Source: an uncultured virus (IMG/VR IMGVR_UViG_3300006112_000009)
Taxonomy: Duplodnaviria > Heunggongvirae > Uroviricota > Caudoviricetes
Virus record (IMG/VR): IMGVR_UViG_3300006112_000009
DNA: 20,000 bases
Direction: 5' to 3' (one strand)
Shown here piece after piece: positions 8,857 to 17,809 of the stretch (positions are counted from its first letter, which is position 1; every line of letters begins with the position of its first letter). The notes below the pieces were generated by a model that had not been told where the DNA came from, ran no database searches, and saw only the letters and a program-made list of their open reading frames with translations. Position numbers and translations under genes: made by a program.

Positions 8857-10458
8857 ATGACAACAAGAATAAAAATCAGACGAGATTCAACTAGTAATTG
8901 GGGTACAGTAAACCCAATATTAGCCTTAGGAGAACTAGGACTAGACACTACTCTTAATAAATTAAAAGTAGGTGATGGCACCACTCATTGGACTAGTTTA
9001 AATTTTATTCACGATGGTGCTGATACCGGTGATATCAGTTTCAATGGTACATGGATACACAACACAGGTTCAGGTGATATCTATATTAGTCCGCAAGACG
9101 GTAACACATGGTTATATTTACCAAGTGACAGTCAAGCTGGTAGTGAGACGGTTGACTTAGCAAACGTTGATGACAACGGAGTAGTTACTATCAGAACCAA
9201 TAGTCATGTATGGTCATTTGATAGTACAGGTAAATTAAATGTCCCTCAAAATGCAGGCATAGACGTTAACTGGACAAGTGATACAGGTGATGGCGGTGGA
9301 GGTGACCACTATGATTCTGCAAGAATTAACAACGACCACCTACATGGATTGTATATTACAAACGTAATGAGCGGTACCCCAAGTACTTGGTTGTTTGGTA
9401 AAGAAGGCAATCTAACACTACCCTCAAACGCCAGTGCAATTAACTATGCGAATGGCACAAGCATTTTAAGTGGGTTAGGTGTTAATAGTATTGATGGTGG
9501 TTTAGCTGACAACAGTGCTGGAATCACAATCACTACATATACTCTTGCAACTAACACAAGTGCATATGATAACAGTGGTTCAGTAACATACAACATTGCT
9601 AGTGAAGGTGCATTAACAGCCGGAGTAATTATAAAAGGTCTTACAGTAGGTCATACACAAACAATAACCGGTGACTATAATCAAGGTGACAATACTGTAT
9701 CTTGGGGTCAGAGTGGTATAGATTACGAATTGTGGGAACAAGTAGCATCAGTGACAGCGTTTGTTACCGATAGTAGAGGTTACACATTCTATACAGTAGT
9801 ACAAGATTCATGGGATGTTCCGCATGGTCCTTGTTTAGTTGAAGGCACTCAGATTACAATGGCTGATGGCTCACACAAAGCTATTGAAGATATTCAACAT
9901 GGTGAACTAGTTCGTGTATGGAACTTTGACTTAGGTGAATTCAGTGAAGCACAGCCAATATGGATCAAAGTTGCAGAAGAAACAACTGGTCACGATGTTT
10001 ATACATTCAGTGACGGTACAAAACTACGCACAGTTGGACATCATATGTTTAACAAAGAAGCTGGTAAGTTTACTAAGTTGAAATACAAAGATACTCCAAT
10101 CGGAACTACAACGTTCAATGAGAAGGGTGAAGAAGTTACACTATTAAGTAAAGAACGTGTAACAGAACCAACTCGTTATTACAACGTATGGACTCAATAC
10201 CACTTGAACTTGTTTGCTGATGGTATATTAACAAGTAACAGATTCAACAACACATACCCAATCGTTGACATGAAGTTTGTCAAAGATGATAGAAAACTAA
10301 GAGATATCAGTGAGTTTGCTGGTATTGATGAAAAATATATCAGTGGATTAAGATTACAAGAACAATCACAAGAATACACTGCTCAATATATCAGTGATTA
10401 CGTTCACAATAGATTAGAGCGTTTAGATATCGCTAATCAAACAACACAGGAAGTTTAA
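8857..10458 (+). CDS. Mtd_N/hyaluronidase-N-like tail protein with C-terminal Hint (intein-like) domain
   Basis: N-terminal RIKIRRDSTSNWGTVNPILALGELGLDTTLNKLKVGDGTTHWTSL. Hint domain from C326 (CLVEGTQITMADGSHKAIEDI), with TVGH block B and YYNV...NLFADGILTSN ending at N461. SD AGGA at 8848-8851. Confidence 0.8.
   Translation: MTTRIKIRRDSTSNWGTVNPILALGELGLDTTLNKLKVGDGTTHWTSLNFIHDGADTGDISFNGTWIHNTGSGDIYISPQDGNTWLYLPSDSQAGSETVDLANVDDNGVVTIRTNSHVWSFDSTGKLNVPQNAGIDVNWTSDTGDGGGGDHYDSARINNDHLHGLYITNVMSGTPSTWLFGKEGNLTLPSNASAINYANGTSILSGLGVNSIDGGLADNSAGITITTYTLATNTSAYDNSGSVTYNIASEGALTAGVIIKGLTVGHTQTITGDYNQGDNTVSWGQSGIDYELWEQVASVTAFVTDSRGYTFYTVVQDSWDVPHGPCLVEGTQITMADGSHKAIEDIQHGELVRVWNFDLGEFSEAQPIWIKVAEETTGHDVYTFSDGTKLRTVGHHMFNKEAGKFTKLKYKDTPIGTTTFNEKGEEVTLLSKERVTEPTRYYNVWTQYHLNLFADGILTSNRFNNTYPIVDMKFVKDDRKLRDISEFAGIDEKYISGLRLQEQSQEYTAQYISDYVHNRLERLDIANQTTQEV
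9832..10239 (+). other. Hint domain (136 aa, no endonuclease) within the 8857 gene
   Basis: Cys1 at 9832-9834, T-x-x-H, terminal Ser-Asn at 10234-10239; the +1 residue is Arg. Confidence 0.8.
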
Positions 10459-10460
10459 GA

Positions 10461-13400
10461 ATGTCAACAATTCAAATTAGAAAAGATACATCAGATAATT
10501 GGGCAGCAGCCAATCCAACACTTGCATTAGGTGAGTTAGGTTTAGATACAACACATAATCAAATCAAAGCTGGTGACGGTGTTACAGCATGGGATAGTTT
10601 ACCTTATATAACTGGTAATTTAGGTAACTTAAGTATTGACGGAGATGCCATATCTTCACCTGATAATTATGTTGAAATAATTACAGGAAATACAGCTCAC
10701 ACTTATTCTATAATTGATACTGGTGGTAATTATGCTGAGATGTATGCTGAAAATGACAATGATGGTGCACATTCTGGTTGGGCATGGGTTAGTACAAATG
10801 CAGGAACTACATCAGCAGATGTACAATCATTTATTGAAGTTAAGAATCCTGACACTAATCAAATATATCGTTGGACATTTGATGCTAGTGGTAATTTGAC
10901 ACTGCCTAAAAATGTGTTCTCAATTAATTATGCCAACGGAACACAAGTTGATATTAGCGGTGGCGGCGGTGGTGCAAGTACAGGTAACATAACATTTAGT
11001 GGCGGCGAACTTAACAATTCGACAGGTGGAGATATAGCTATTACACCAAGCGAAGGTAACACAGCTTTAATCTTACCCGGTGATACTAACTCTAACGCAG
11101 GCGAACCTACATTCCTTCAGAATACAGGATCTGGTGGTATTGTACTATCTACTGGTCAAGGTAATTTAAATATTGGTAATGCTGATGGTCCCACACAACC
11201 AACACATTTACATATTAGACAAGACAATCCAGCAAACGTTAATTTATTCTTAGGTGATGACAATCAATTTGTTAAATTAGCAACTGATGGTACAACAGTT
11301 GTTCAAGCAAGAATAGGTTCAGAAGCACAAGCAATAGTTAGTGGTGCACCTATTGGAATAACATATTCTACTCAAATTACATATATCACTAGAGCAACAC
11401 CTGCAGTAGTAACGGTTGCTGATACTAGTGGATTAAGTGCAGGTGTAACAGTTTATTTGCATGAAATCACACAAACAGATTGGATTTCTTTGAGGGATAC
11501 CTCCTACTATGTAGGTTCAGTAATTGATGGCACTACTTTTAATTTGTACACTGATTCTGGACTAACAACGCCTCTAAATACCACAGCAATAAATTCTGAA
11601 TGGGGTGGCGGTGATCCACAAGCAGACGGAAATGCTGTATTATTGTCAAACCCCGGTGAAGCATATATAATTGCCGGCTTAGATAGTACTAGCATTACTA
11701 ATGGATGGGGTAATTCTTATATAGGCGGCGGCAATGTCACTATTGAAACAACAAATGGGTTGTTTACATTTGATAGTACCGGTGCTCTTAATTTAGAAGC
11801 ATACGGCGTCATTCGCAATGGCGGTGAAGGATCAGTTAATATTGTTGGTAGTAATTTTGCTCAACTACAATGGACAATTGATGGTATTAATACACCAGAT
11901 CCAAACTATGATTCAAACGTTTATAATTGGTTGTATGTAGATGAATATGGTACACACATTGGTGGTAGCACAAACTATGGATGGGACTTTAATACAAACG
12001 GTGTACTAAATGCACCTGCTCTAGGTGAAGTTATTGCTACACATGAGTTCAACATCACTGCTAGAGACTATCAACACGAAGGCACTACATTTGTTAATGT
12101 ATTAAATCCTGCAGAAGTTCAAAACCCAGCAGACAATGCACCTTTCTACATCAAAGGTGTACAATATTTAAATAACGGTGATATCGTTGTAATTGGTGAA
12201 AGTTATGGTTTTAATACAGCATTTGTAAAAAGAATACATAGCAGTAACACTAGTGGTTACGCAGGAAATACAGTTTGGTCTTATCAACTATCAGGTAGCC
12301 CATATGGTTATGGATTAACAACTGACGCTAGTAATAATGTCTATATTACACTACAAAGCAATAATGATAGCTATGTTTTAAAATTAGACAGTAACGGCAA
12401 TAAAGTATGGGAAACAAAAATTCACGGAACTAGCAAGACTGTAAATGGCTTTAATTTAGATTACAACCAGAATGGATCAATAAGTCTTGTTGGTGTAATT
12501 AATAGTGGTGGAAACGACCAAAGTTTTATTGCTCAACTTGATTGTGTTACTGGTGCTGTTAATTGGGAAAAATCTATCAGTGGTGCTGGATATGAAGATA
12601 GTTTTGGTATAGGTTGTGATAGTGCAGGTAATACACTAATTGTTGGTAATACACAAGATTCAAATCCAACTAAAGTATTTTTAGCATTGTTTGATATTAA
12701 TGGTACTTTAACTTGGCAAAAATACTGGGGTAATGGAATTAACGTAAACAGTGCATTGCAAGGTGCCGATGTTTGCATTGACAGTTCAGGTAACTGGTAT
12801 GTTTATACAACATGGAACAATGAGTCTATTAGTGTAGGTGTTACAAAAATTGATTCTAGTGGTACTATTATCTGGAGTAAAGGCTTACAAGGTACATGTG
12901 AAGATTGGGCAGCAAGTATTGCAGTAGATAGTAGTGATAACCTATATATCTATGGTACTATGACTAACCTTAATGGTATGTTTGACCAACAAACTTTCAT
13001 AGGTGTAATGAGCCCAGCTGGATCATTACTCCATCAACATTACTTTGGTAAGAGAGGTAATTTTAATTTTCCAGGTGAAGCACCATGGGGAGATAATCCT
13101 TATTCAAATCAAGCTGGTCAAATGATTAGTGTTAATGGAACTAACATTGTAGTAGCTGGTATGGTATCGACAGTTGGATTTGGTGATAACGCAACAGATC
13201 CAACTGAATCAATAACTGGATGGGTCGCACAAGTTCCTGCATTATCTAATGATAGTTATAAAATTGGTGAATTTGAATTTTTAGTTTCTAATTTTAGTTT
13301 CAGTGATGTTGCTATTACCCCCGGTTCAGGTGCATTAACAATTGATAATGCTGGATTAACAGTAACAATTAGCGGATCAGTATTTACATTACAACCTACT

Positions 13401-16022
13401 AATATCACATTCACAACATATCGTTTAGGTGATATGACATGGACATTTAGACAAGACGGTACACTCAGTATGCCTTTTGGTAGCATTGGGTACATGGAAT
13501 TGGGAACTAATGGCTTAGATTTGTATAGTGATATATCTTCATGGGTTGGTCTTAACTATAACAATACCAACTGGGTAAGAGTTACTTCTGACGGTGCGTT
13601 TGTCAACACAAGCGGTGAATATCAATGGAGTTTCAACGATGATGGTTCAACAAGTTTACCGGGTAGTTTACATATCTCTCCAAACAGTGGAAATCCTATC
13701 ATTGCAGCAAACAATAATAACTCACTAATTGTTGCTGCACATTTAGATGTGACTGTTTCTACAACAGACGGTGATAATCAATGGGTATTTGATAGAAACG
13801 GTAAACTAACATTACCGTCTAGTGGTGCAGGAAACAGTGTAATATATTCAGAAGCTGGCAATATTGAATTATACACTAATAGGGAAAATGCCTCTACTAA
13901 AATTCGCAACAAAGCAACACTAGACCAAGAATGGACATTTAGTGATGCTGGTTTAACATTCCCGGATACTACTGTACAAACTACAGCATATACCGGACAA
14001 GTAGGTGCAGGTAATTCAGGATGGGCTTTATTATACGGTGGCAATAAATTAGGATCAGGTGGTGAGCATGATTGGGTTGACTTTGATGGGTCAGTAGTAG
14101 ACGGTCAAGGTTATGTTTACTTCTTTGGTGGTACTATAGCATTTAGTCAAGGAAGCGGGGTATACAATCCTATCATTACAAAAGTAAACAGTGACGGTGG
14201 AATTGAATGGTCTACTGTTATCCACGACTATCATGGTAAAGCAGTAGCTGCATTTTATATTGAAAGCAGCGGAGGCAACTATGTATTATTGTACACAGAT
14301 GATGAAACTGACACTACTACAACAAAACAATGGACGTATGGAGTAAATCCAGCAGACGGTTCATTATCTGAACAAAGCTACACTATTCCATCACAGTCCG
14401 GAGTTGGTGTTTGCTTGAGAGACGGTTGGGCATATACTTTGGCCGGGTCAGGTACATTAGCTATAGGTTGGGCAGGTTTCACTACAAATGAAATTGCTAC
14501 AACTACATTAACTATTCTAACAGACCCTGCTCCAGATTCAACATCATTTAGTGTGTTGAAGACTAATGTACCGGGACTAACATTATCTAATTATAGTGTT
14601 TGTTTTGTTGATACAATGAATACTATATCAGGTATTGATGACAATTCAACTTATTGGACTATTCATGTAGGCACACCAGCAGACTTTACTACTGGTACAC
14701 ATACTATTCAGATTCCGCAAAACAGTAATGCAACGATTGGCGTTGAATATACAGGCGGCGGCGATTGGTTGTCTGTTGGTACTGCTGGGAACACATATGA
14801 ATATTATTCTAGTACCGCAGTTGATAAAACTAACGGTACTATCTATGCAGTAGGTAATGATGATAATGGACATAGCATTGTATCTAGTTTTAGTATAAGT
14901 AGTGGACTAGTTGCAAACTGGCATAAACGAATCAATTTAAGTACATCATATCTTCAATTAACCGGTGTTGATGTTGATATTGGTGGCAGTGCAATTTATG
15001 TAGTTGGTGATGGTGATAACGGTTGTGGTTATATTACTAAAATGGATTCAACTGGACACATACTATGGCAAAGAAAAATTGATGACACTGGTCAACCTTT
15101 TGGCGTCAGTGATTTAAGTGTAGCAGTGGGTACTGGTAATGAAATTATCGTTGCTTGCGGCAGTTATGGCAGCGACTTCACACAGTATAATGCTGTTCTA
15201 ATTGTTAGATTTAATTCAAACGGTGATACAGTATGGCAGCGTCAACTTGATACTAGTTGGAGTGATTATGCAGGCGCCGGTTGGGACAGCTACGGTACCG
15301 GAACTCCAAGATTCGTATCAGCGGACGGTATCAGCTATTATCTATCATTAGCGGTAGAAGGTAGTGGACCTCAAACGGACGGTGGTGGTGTTAAACTACC
15401 ATTGAATGGAGAAGGTACAGGCTCATGGGGTAGCGGAGACGGCACATGGAACTATACCAATGTATCATGGCCAATAACTTCAATTGACGTTACTGCTGAT
15501 AGCACTAGTATCACTGATTTCGTAGTATCTACTCTTAGCACCACTAGTGGATCAGGTTCTACTCCAAGTGTGTATACTGGTATTAAACCAGCAAATACTA
15601 CTATCATTGGTTCTGATGCAGTTAAGGGAATTGATAGAGCCGCAGTCAGTCATGGTAACGATACCATCACACTAGATATAACACATAATGGTAAATTCAT
15701 TTACTATTATACTAATACTAGCGCTGGTTATCCAACTATCATTGTACCTAATAATAATAGTGTTCAATTACCAATTGGATATACTGTTACTATGGCAGTA
15801 GATACATTCAGTTACAACGGCTCACATTATGTAGTTAACATTAACACCAATGGTGATACTAGCAATGGATTGATTATTAATGCTAGTGGAATTATAGCAG
15901 ACAGCTATACCGGTAACTATTGGGGAATCGCAGGTGACGGTAAACCCGGTATCTATACATTAATGAAAGTAGATACTAATCGCTGGATACTAAGTGGTCC
16001 TAACGTGTTCATCAACGATTAA
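10461..16022 (+). CDS. Giant Mtd_N-like tail fibre/adhesin (1853 aa) with two beta-propeller repeat regions
   Basis: N-terminal IQIRKDTSDNWAAANPTLALGELGLDTTHNQIKAGDGVTAWDSLPY. Propeller-blade repeats such as LTTDASNNVYIT..VLKLDSNGNKVW, IAVDSSDNLYIYG and ITKMDSTGHILWQRK (~12140-13250 and ~14020-15400). C-terminal IIVPNNNSVQLPIGYTV...LMKVDTNRWILSG tip-like domain. Confidence 0.78.
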   Translation: MSTIQIRKDTSDNWAAANPTLALGELGLDTTHNQIKAGDGVTAWDSLPYITGNLGNLSIDGDAISSPDNYVEIITGNTAHTYSIIDTGGNYAEMYAENDNDGAHSGWAWVSTNAGTTSADVQSFIEVKNPDTNQIYRWTFDASGNLTLPKNVFSINYANGTQVDISGGGGGASTGNITFSGGELNNSTGGDIAITPSEGNTALILPGDTNSNAGEPTFLQNTGSGGIVLSTGQGNLNIGNADGPTQPTHLHIRQDNPANVNLFLGDDNQFVKLATDGTTVVQARIGSEAQAIVSGAPIGITYSTQITYITRATPAVVTVADTSGLSAGVTVYLHEITQTDWISLRDTSYYVGSVIDGTTFNLYTDSGLTTPLNTTAINSEWGGGDPQADGNAVLLSNPGEAYIIAGLDSTSITNGWGNSYIGGGNVTIETTNGLFTFDSTGALNLEAYGVIRNGGEGSVNIVGSNFAQLQWTIDGINTPDPNYDSNVYNWLYVDEYGTHIGGSTNYGWDFNTNGVLNAPALGEVIATHEFNITARDYQHEGTTFVNVLNPAEVQNPADNAPFYIKGVQYLNNGDIVVIGESYGFNTAFVKRIHSSNTSGYAGNTVWSYQLSGSPYGYGLTTDASNNVYITLQSNNDSYVLKLDSNGNKVWETKIHGTSKTVNGFNLDYNQNGSISLVGVINSGGNDQSFIAQLDCVTGAVNWEKSISGAGYEDSFGIGCDSAGNTLIVGNTQDSNPTKVFLALFDINGTLTWQKYWGNGINVNSALQGADVCIDSSGNWYVYTTWNNESISVGVTKIDSSGTIIWSKGLQGTCEDWAASIAVDSSDNLYIYGTMTNLNGMFDQQTFIGVMSPAGSLLHQHYFGKRGNFNFPGEAPWGDNPYSNQAGQMISVNGTNIVVAGMVSTVGFGDNATDPTESITGWVAQVPALSNDSYKIGEFEFLVSNFSFSDVAITPGSGALTIDNAGLTVTISGSVFTLQPTNITFTTYRLGDMTWTFRQDGTLSMPFGSIGYMELGTNGLDLYSDISSWVGLNYNNTNWVRVTSDGAFVNTSGEYQWSFNDDGSTSLPGSLHISPNSGNPIIAANNNNSLIVAAHLDVTVSTTDGDNQWVFDRNGKLTLPSSGAGNSVIYSEAGNIELYTNRENASTKIRNKATLDQEWTFSDAGLTFPDTTVQTTAYTGQVGAGNSGWALLYGGNKLGSGGEHDWVDFDGSVVDGQGYVYFFGGTIAFSQGSGVYNPIITKVNSDGGIEWSTVIHDYHGKAVAAFYIESSGGNYVLLYTDDETDTTTTKQWTYGVNPADGSLSEQSYTIPSQSGVGVCLRDGWAYTLAGSGTLAIGWAGFTTNEIATTTLTILTDPAPDSTSFSVLKTNVPGLTLSNYSVCFVDTMNTISGIDDNSTYWTIHVGTPADFTTGTHTIQIPQNSNATIGVEYTGGGDWLSVGTAGNTYEYYSSTAVDKTNGTIYAVGNDDNGHSIVSSFSISSGLVANWHKRINLSTSYLQLTGVDVDIGGSAIYVVGDGDNGCGYITKMDSTGHILWQRKIDDTGQPFGVSDLSVAVGTGNEIIVACGSYGSDFTQYNAVLIVRFNSNGDTVWQRQLDTSWSDYAGAGWDSYGTGTPRFVSADGISYYLSLAVEGSGPQTDGGGVKLPLNGEGTGSWGSGDGTWNYTNVSWPITSIDVTADSTSITDFVVSTLSTTSGSGSTPSVYTGIKPANTTIIGSDAVKGIDRAAVSHGNDTITLDITHNGKFIYYYTNTSAGYPTIIVPNNNSVQLPIGYTVTMAVDTFSYNGSHYVVNINTNGDTSNGLIINASGIIADSYTGNYWGIAGDGKPGIYTLMKVDTNRWILSGPNVFIND

Positions 16023-16031
16023 GGAATAAAA

Positions 16032-16727
16032 ATGTCTATACTACAAGCAATAGTAGCAGTATCTAGCTTAGGAACAGCAGGTCCAACAAGTATTATATCC
16101 AGCGGTATATTGTTTGACCTTGACATGAAGAACTATGTATCGGGTACTGGCTGGCCAGATGCAAGTAGTAATCATAATGACTTTTCATTTACTAATACGC
16201 CAACTGTAGTTAATACCGGAACTAACACAGCATACTGGGATAATACTGCTGGCGTTTACGTCAACGCTCAACCCACAAGTGACTCAGCAATATTACCAAA
16301 CGGTAATTATACTAAGGGCGTTTTGCTTCGCACTGACGACGGTAATACCGGTACTGGTAACATACTTTCAAGTGTTAATGGTATAGATGTGTTCTGGACT
16401 AACGGTGGTAATATAATACAAGGTGGACATAACGGAGACTGGAGTCACGTTGTGGGTAATACTTCTATTCCTGTCAGTCAGTGGGTTTATGTTGCAGTTA
16501 CCTTTGACACAACGACAGGTTGGAAACTATATCAAAACGGGGTTCTTATTGGATCTAACACTGACGCAGCCAATGTAATGGGGGCTGATAGCATACCAGA
16601 CATTGCAGGCTTCACTGGTAATTATGGTTGGACAGGAAAATATGCAGCCGCACATGAGTACACAAGAGCACTATCATTAACAGAGATACAGCAAAACTAC
16701 CAGTATTATCTATCAAGATATAGTTAA
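16032..16727 (+). CDS. LamG/concanavalin-A-like lectin domain virion protein
   Basis: WVYVAVTFDTTTGWKLYQNGVLIG and EYTRALSLTEIQQNY are LamG-like jelly-roll motifs. SD AAGGA overlaps the upstream stop. Confidence 0.8.
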   Translation: MSILQAIVAVSSLGTAGPTSIISSGILFDLDMKNYVSGTGWPDASSNHNDFSFTNTPTVVNTGTNTAYWDNTAGVYVNAQPTSDSAILPNGNYTKGVLLRTDDGNTGTGNILSSVNGIDVFWTNGGNIIQGGHNGDWSHVVGNTSIPVSQWVYVAVTFDTTTGWKLYQNGVLIGSNTDAANVMGADSIPDIAGFTGNYGWTGKYAAAHEYTRALSLTEIQQNYQYYLSRYS

Positions 16728-17317
16728 CGTATACCTTGAGTTTTTAACTTAACACAAGTATTGCACTTTCCACAGGGTGCAATACTTTTTTCGTTGTAGA
16801 TTGGATGACGGCAGCTCCAAAACATATCACGTAACGGTGTAGGTAACATATCATATATCTCACGCTTAGTCATATCAAGAACAGGATAAATCTTCTCAGC
16901 ACTAGTGAATGCTCTTAATATGTTATTAGCACGAATGATTCTAGCTTCAATAGTATGACTACTATCAGTTGATTGCATACCTATAGCAACTTTTTTGATA
17001 TCAGGGTTAGCCATACAAACATAACCAGCAAAGAAGTTTATACTATCTGAATCAAACATAAACGTATCACCGTAAGGTTGTGTACCAATCAAACTATCAC
17101 TATATTGAAAAGAAAATCCTAACTTCTTTAACTCACCTAATGCAAGTTTTACTGCAATAGCTTCTGCTTTATCTCGTTCTTCTACGTTCTTATTATGCAC
17201 ATGATGAATGTGAATATTGTAGTCTTTGTATTCATCTTCAGTGAGTAATTTGTAAACCGTGCCTAAGCTGTCTAACCCGCCTGAGTACATTGCTAGTATT
17301 GTTTGTTTTTGTTCCAT
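16724..17317 (-). CDS. Divergent QueC-like PP-loop ATPase (7-cyano-7-deazaguanine synthase family)
   Basis: N-terminal SGGLDS PP-loop and C-terminal WSC-x12-CGKCNTC Zn site, plus MTKREI. The usual VPxRN and YPDC motifs are not visible. Its stop overlaps the convergent LamG stop (TTAA, 16724-16727). Confidence 0.7.
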   Translation of the reverse strand: MEQKQTILAMYSGGLDSLGTVYKLLTEDEYKDYNIHIHHVHNKNVEERDKAEAIAVKLALGELKKLGFSFQYSDSLIGTQPYGDTFMFDSDSINFFAGYVCMANPDIKKVAIGMQSTDSSHTIEARIIRANNILRAFTSAEKIYPVLDMTKREIYDMLPTPLRDMFWSCRHPIYNEKSIAPCGKCNTCVKLKTQGIR

Positions 17318-17748
17318 ATATAAAATGTGTAAATGTCGTTAATTTTATGTTCGTCTGGTACTGGATTTAATTCATCAGCTTTTGGAAAATATATTGCATA
17401 TCTGCTTTCCCAAGTAGTTCTTAAAAAAGACCTAACTATAAATCTATCACAATTGGGTAGTACAACTGATAGTAATCTCTCAGTAAACTCTTTACCAAAC
17501 GCTATACCACCATCCATGATAACTGTATCAAAGTGTTCGTTCAGTTGAAACCAGTCTTTCTGCTTTATCTTAATATCAGCATATTTAGGTTCTACATCCC
17601 ATGCTTCAGTACACAGGGGTAATAACAATTTAGTGCTCCCTAGCAACAACACACGACCCTGAATATATGATTCAAATACTTTATAATCATCGTTGTTGGG
17701 CGCTGCTGGCCACTGTAAATTAATCCAGAAGTCTTTGTCTGATTCCAT
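17293..17748 (-). CDS. Small class-I SAM-methyltransferase-like protein
   Basis: RVLLLGST (degenerate motif I), EAWD (acidic end of strand 2), KDWFQL and FDTVIMDGG follow Rossmann MTase strand order. Overlaps the QueC-like start by 25 nt. Confidence 0.5.
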   Translation of the reverse strand: MESDKDFWINLQWPAAPNNDDYKVFESYIQGRVLLLGSTKLLLPLCTEAWDVEPKYADIKIKQKDWFQLNEHFDTVIMDGGIAFGKEFTERLLSVVLPNCDRFIVRSFLRTTWESRYAIYFPKADELNPVPDEHKINDIYTFYIWNKNKQY

Positions 17749-17752
17749 GCTT

Positions 17753-17760
17753 TATTTATA
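17753..17760 (-). promoter_or_regulatory. Perfect T4 late promoter consensus TATAAATA (minus strand), leaderless arrangement
   Basis: The minus strand reads TATAAATA-AAGC-ATG(17748). Confidence 0.75.
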
Positions 17761-17773
17761 ACCAGAAATTTGA

Positions 17774-17779
17774 TAAATA
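17774..17779 (+). promoter_or_regulatory. T4-like late promoter core (GATAAATA) for the C1 peptidase
   Basis: Divergent from the minus-strand promoter. SD AAGGA at 17797-17801 precedes the ATG at 17810. Confidence 0.65.
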
Positions 17780-17809
17780 TAATAATGGTACTATAAAAGG
17801 ATAACAATA

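Noticed and set aside
9832..10239. Canonical mobile intein
   Set aside because: The +1 residue is Arg, the penultimate residue is Ser, there is no endonuclease, and the host protein is not a conserved enzyme. Treated as a non-splicing Hint domain.
11575..12174. Intragenic TAAATA hexamers (e.g. 11575, 12169)
   Set aside because: Expected by chance in AT-rich DNA, and no adjacent gene start.
8857..16022. Diversity-generating retroelement suggested by Mtd_N-like domains
   Set aside because: No reverse transcriptase is present, and I saw no ~100-nt near-identical repeat pair differing only at adenines. Mtd_N is only the anchoring domain. A DGR elsewhere in the genome cannot be excluded.
17293..17317. 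Programmed -1 frameshift or TAG read-through fusing the MTase-like and QueC-like ORFs
   Set aside because: The overlap has C_AAA_AAC, not a canonical X_XXY_YYZ heptamer. Read-through hits another TAG 7 codons later. All long ORFs are intact in the standard code, so there is no sign of recoding.
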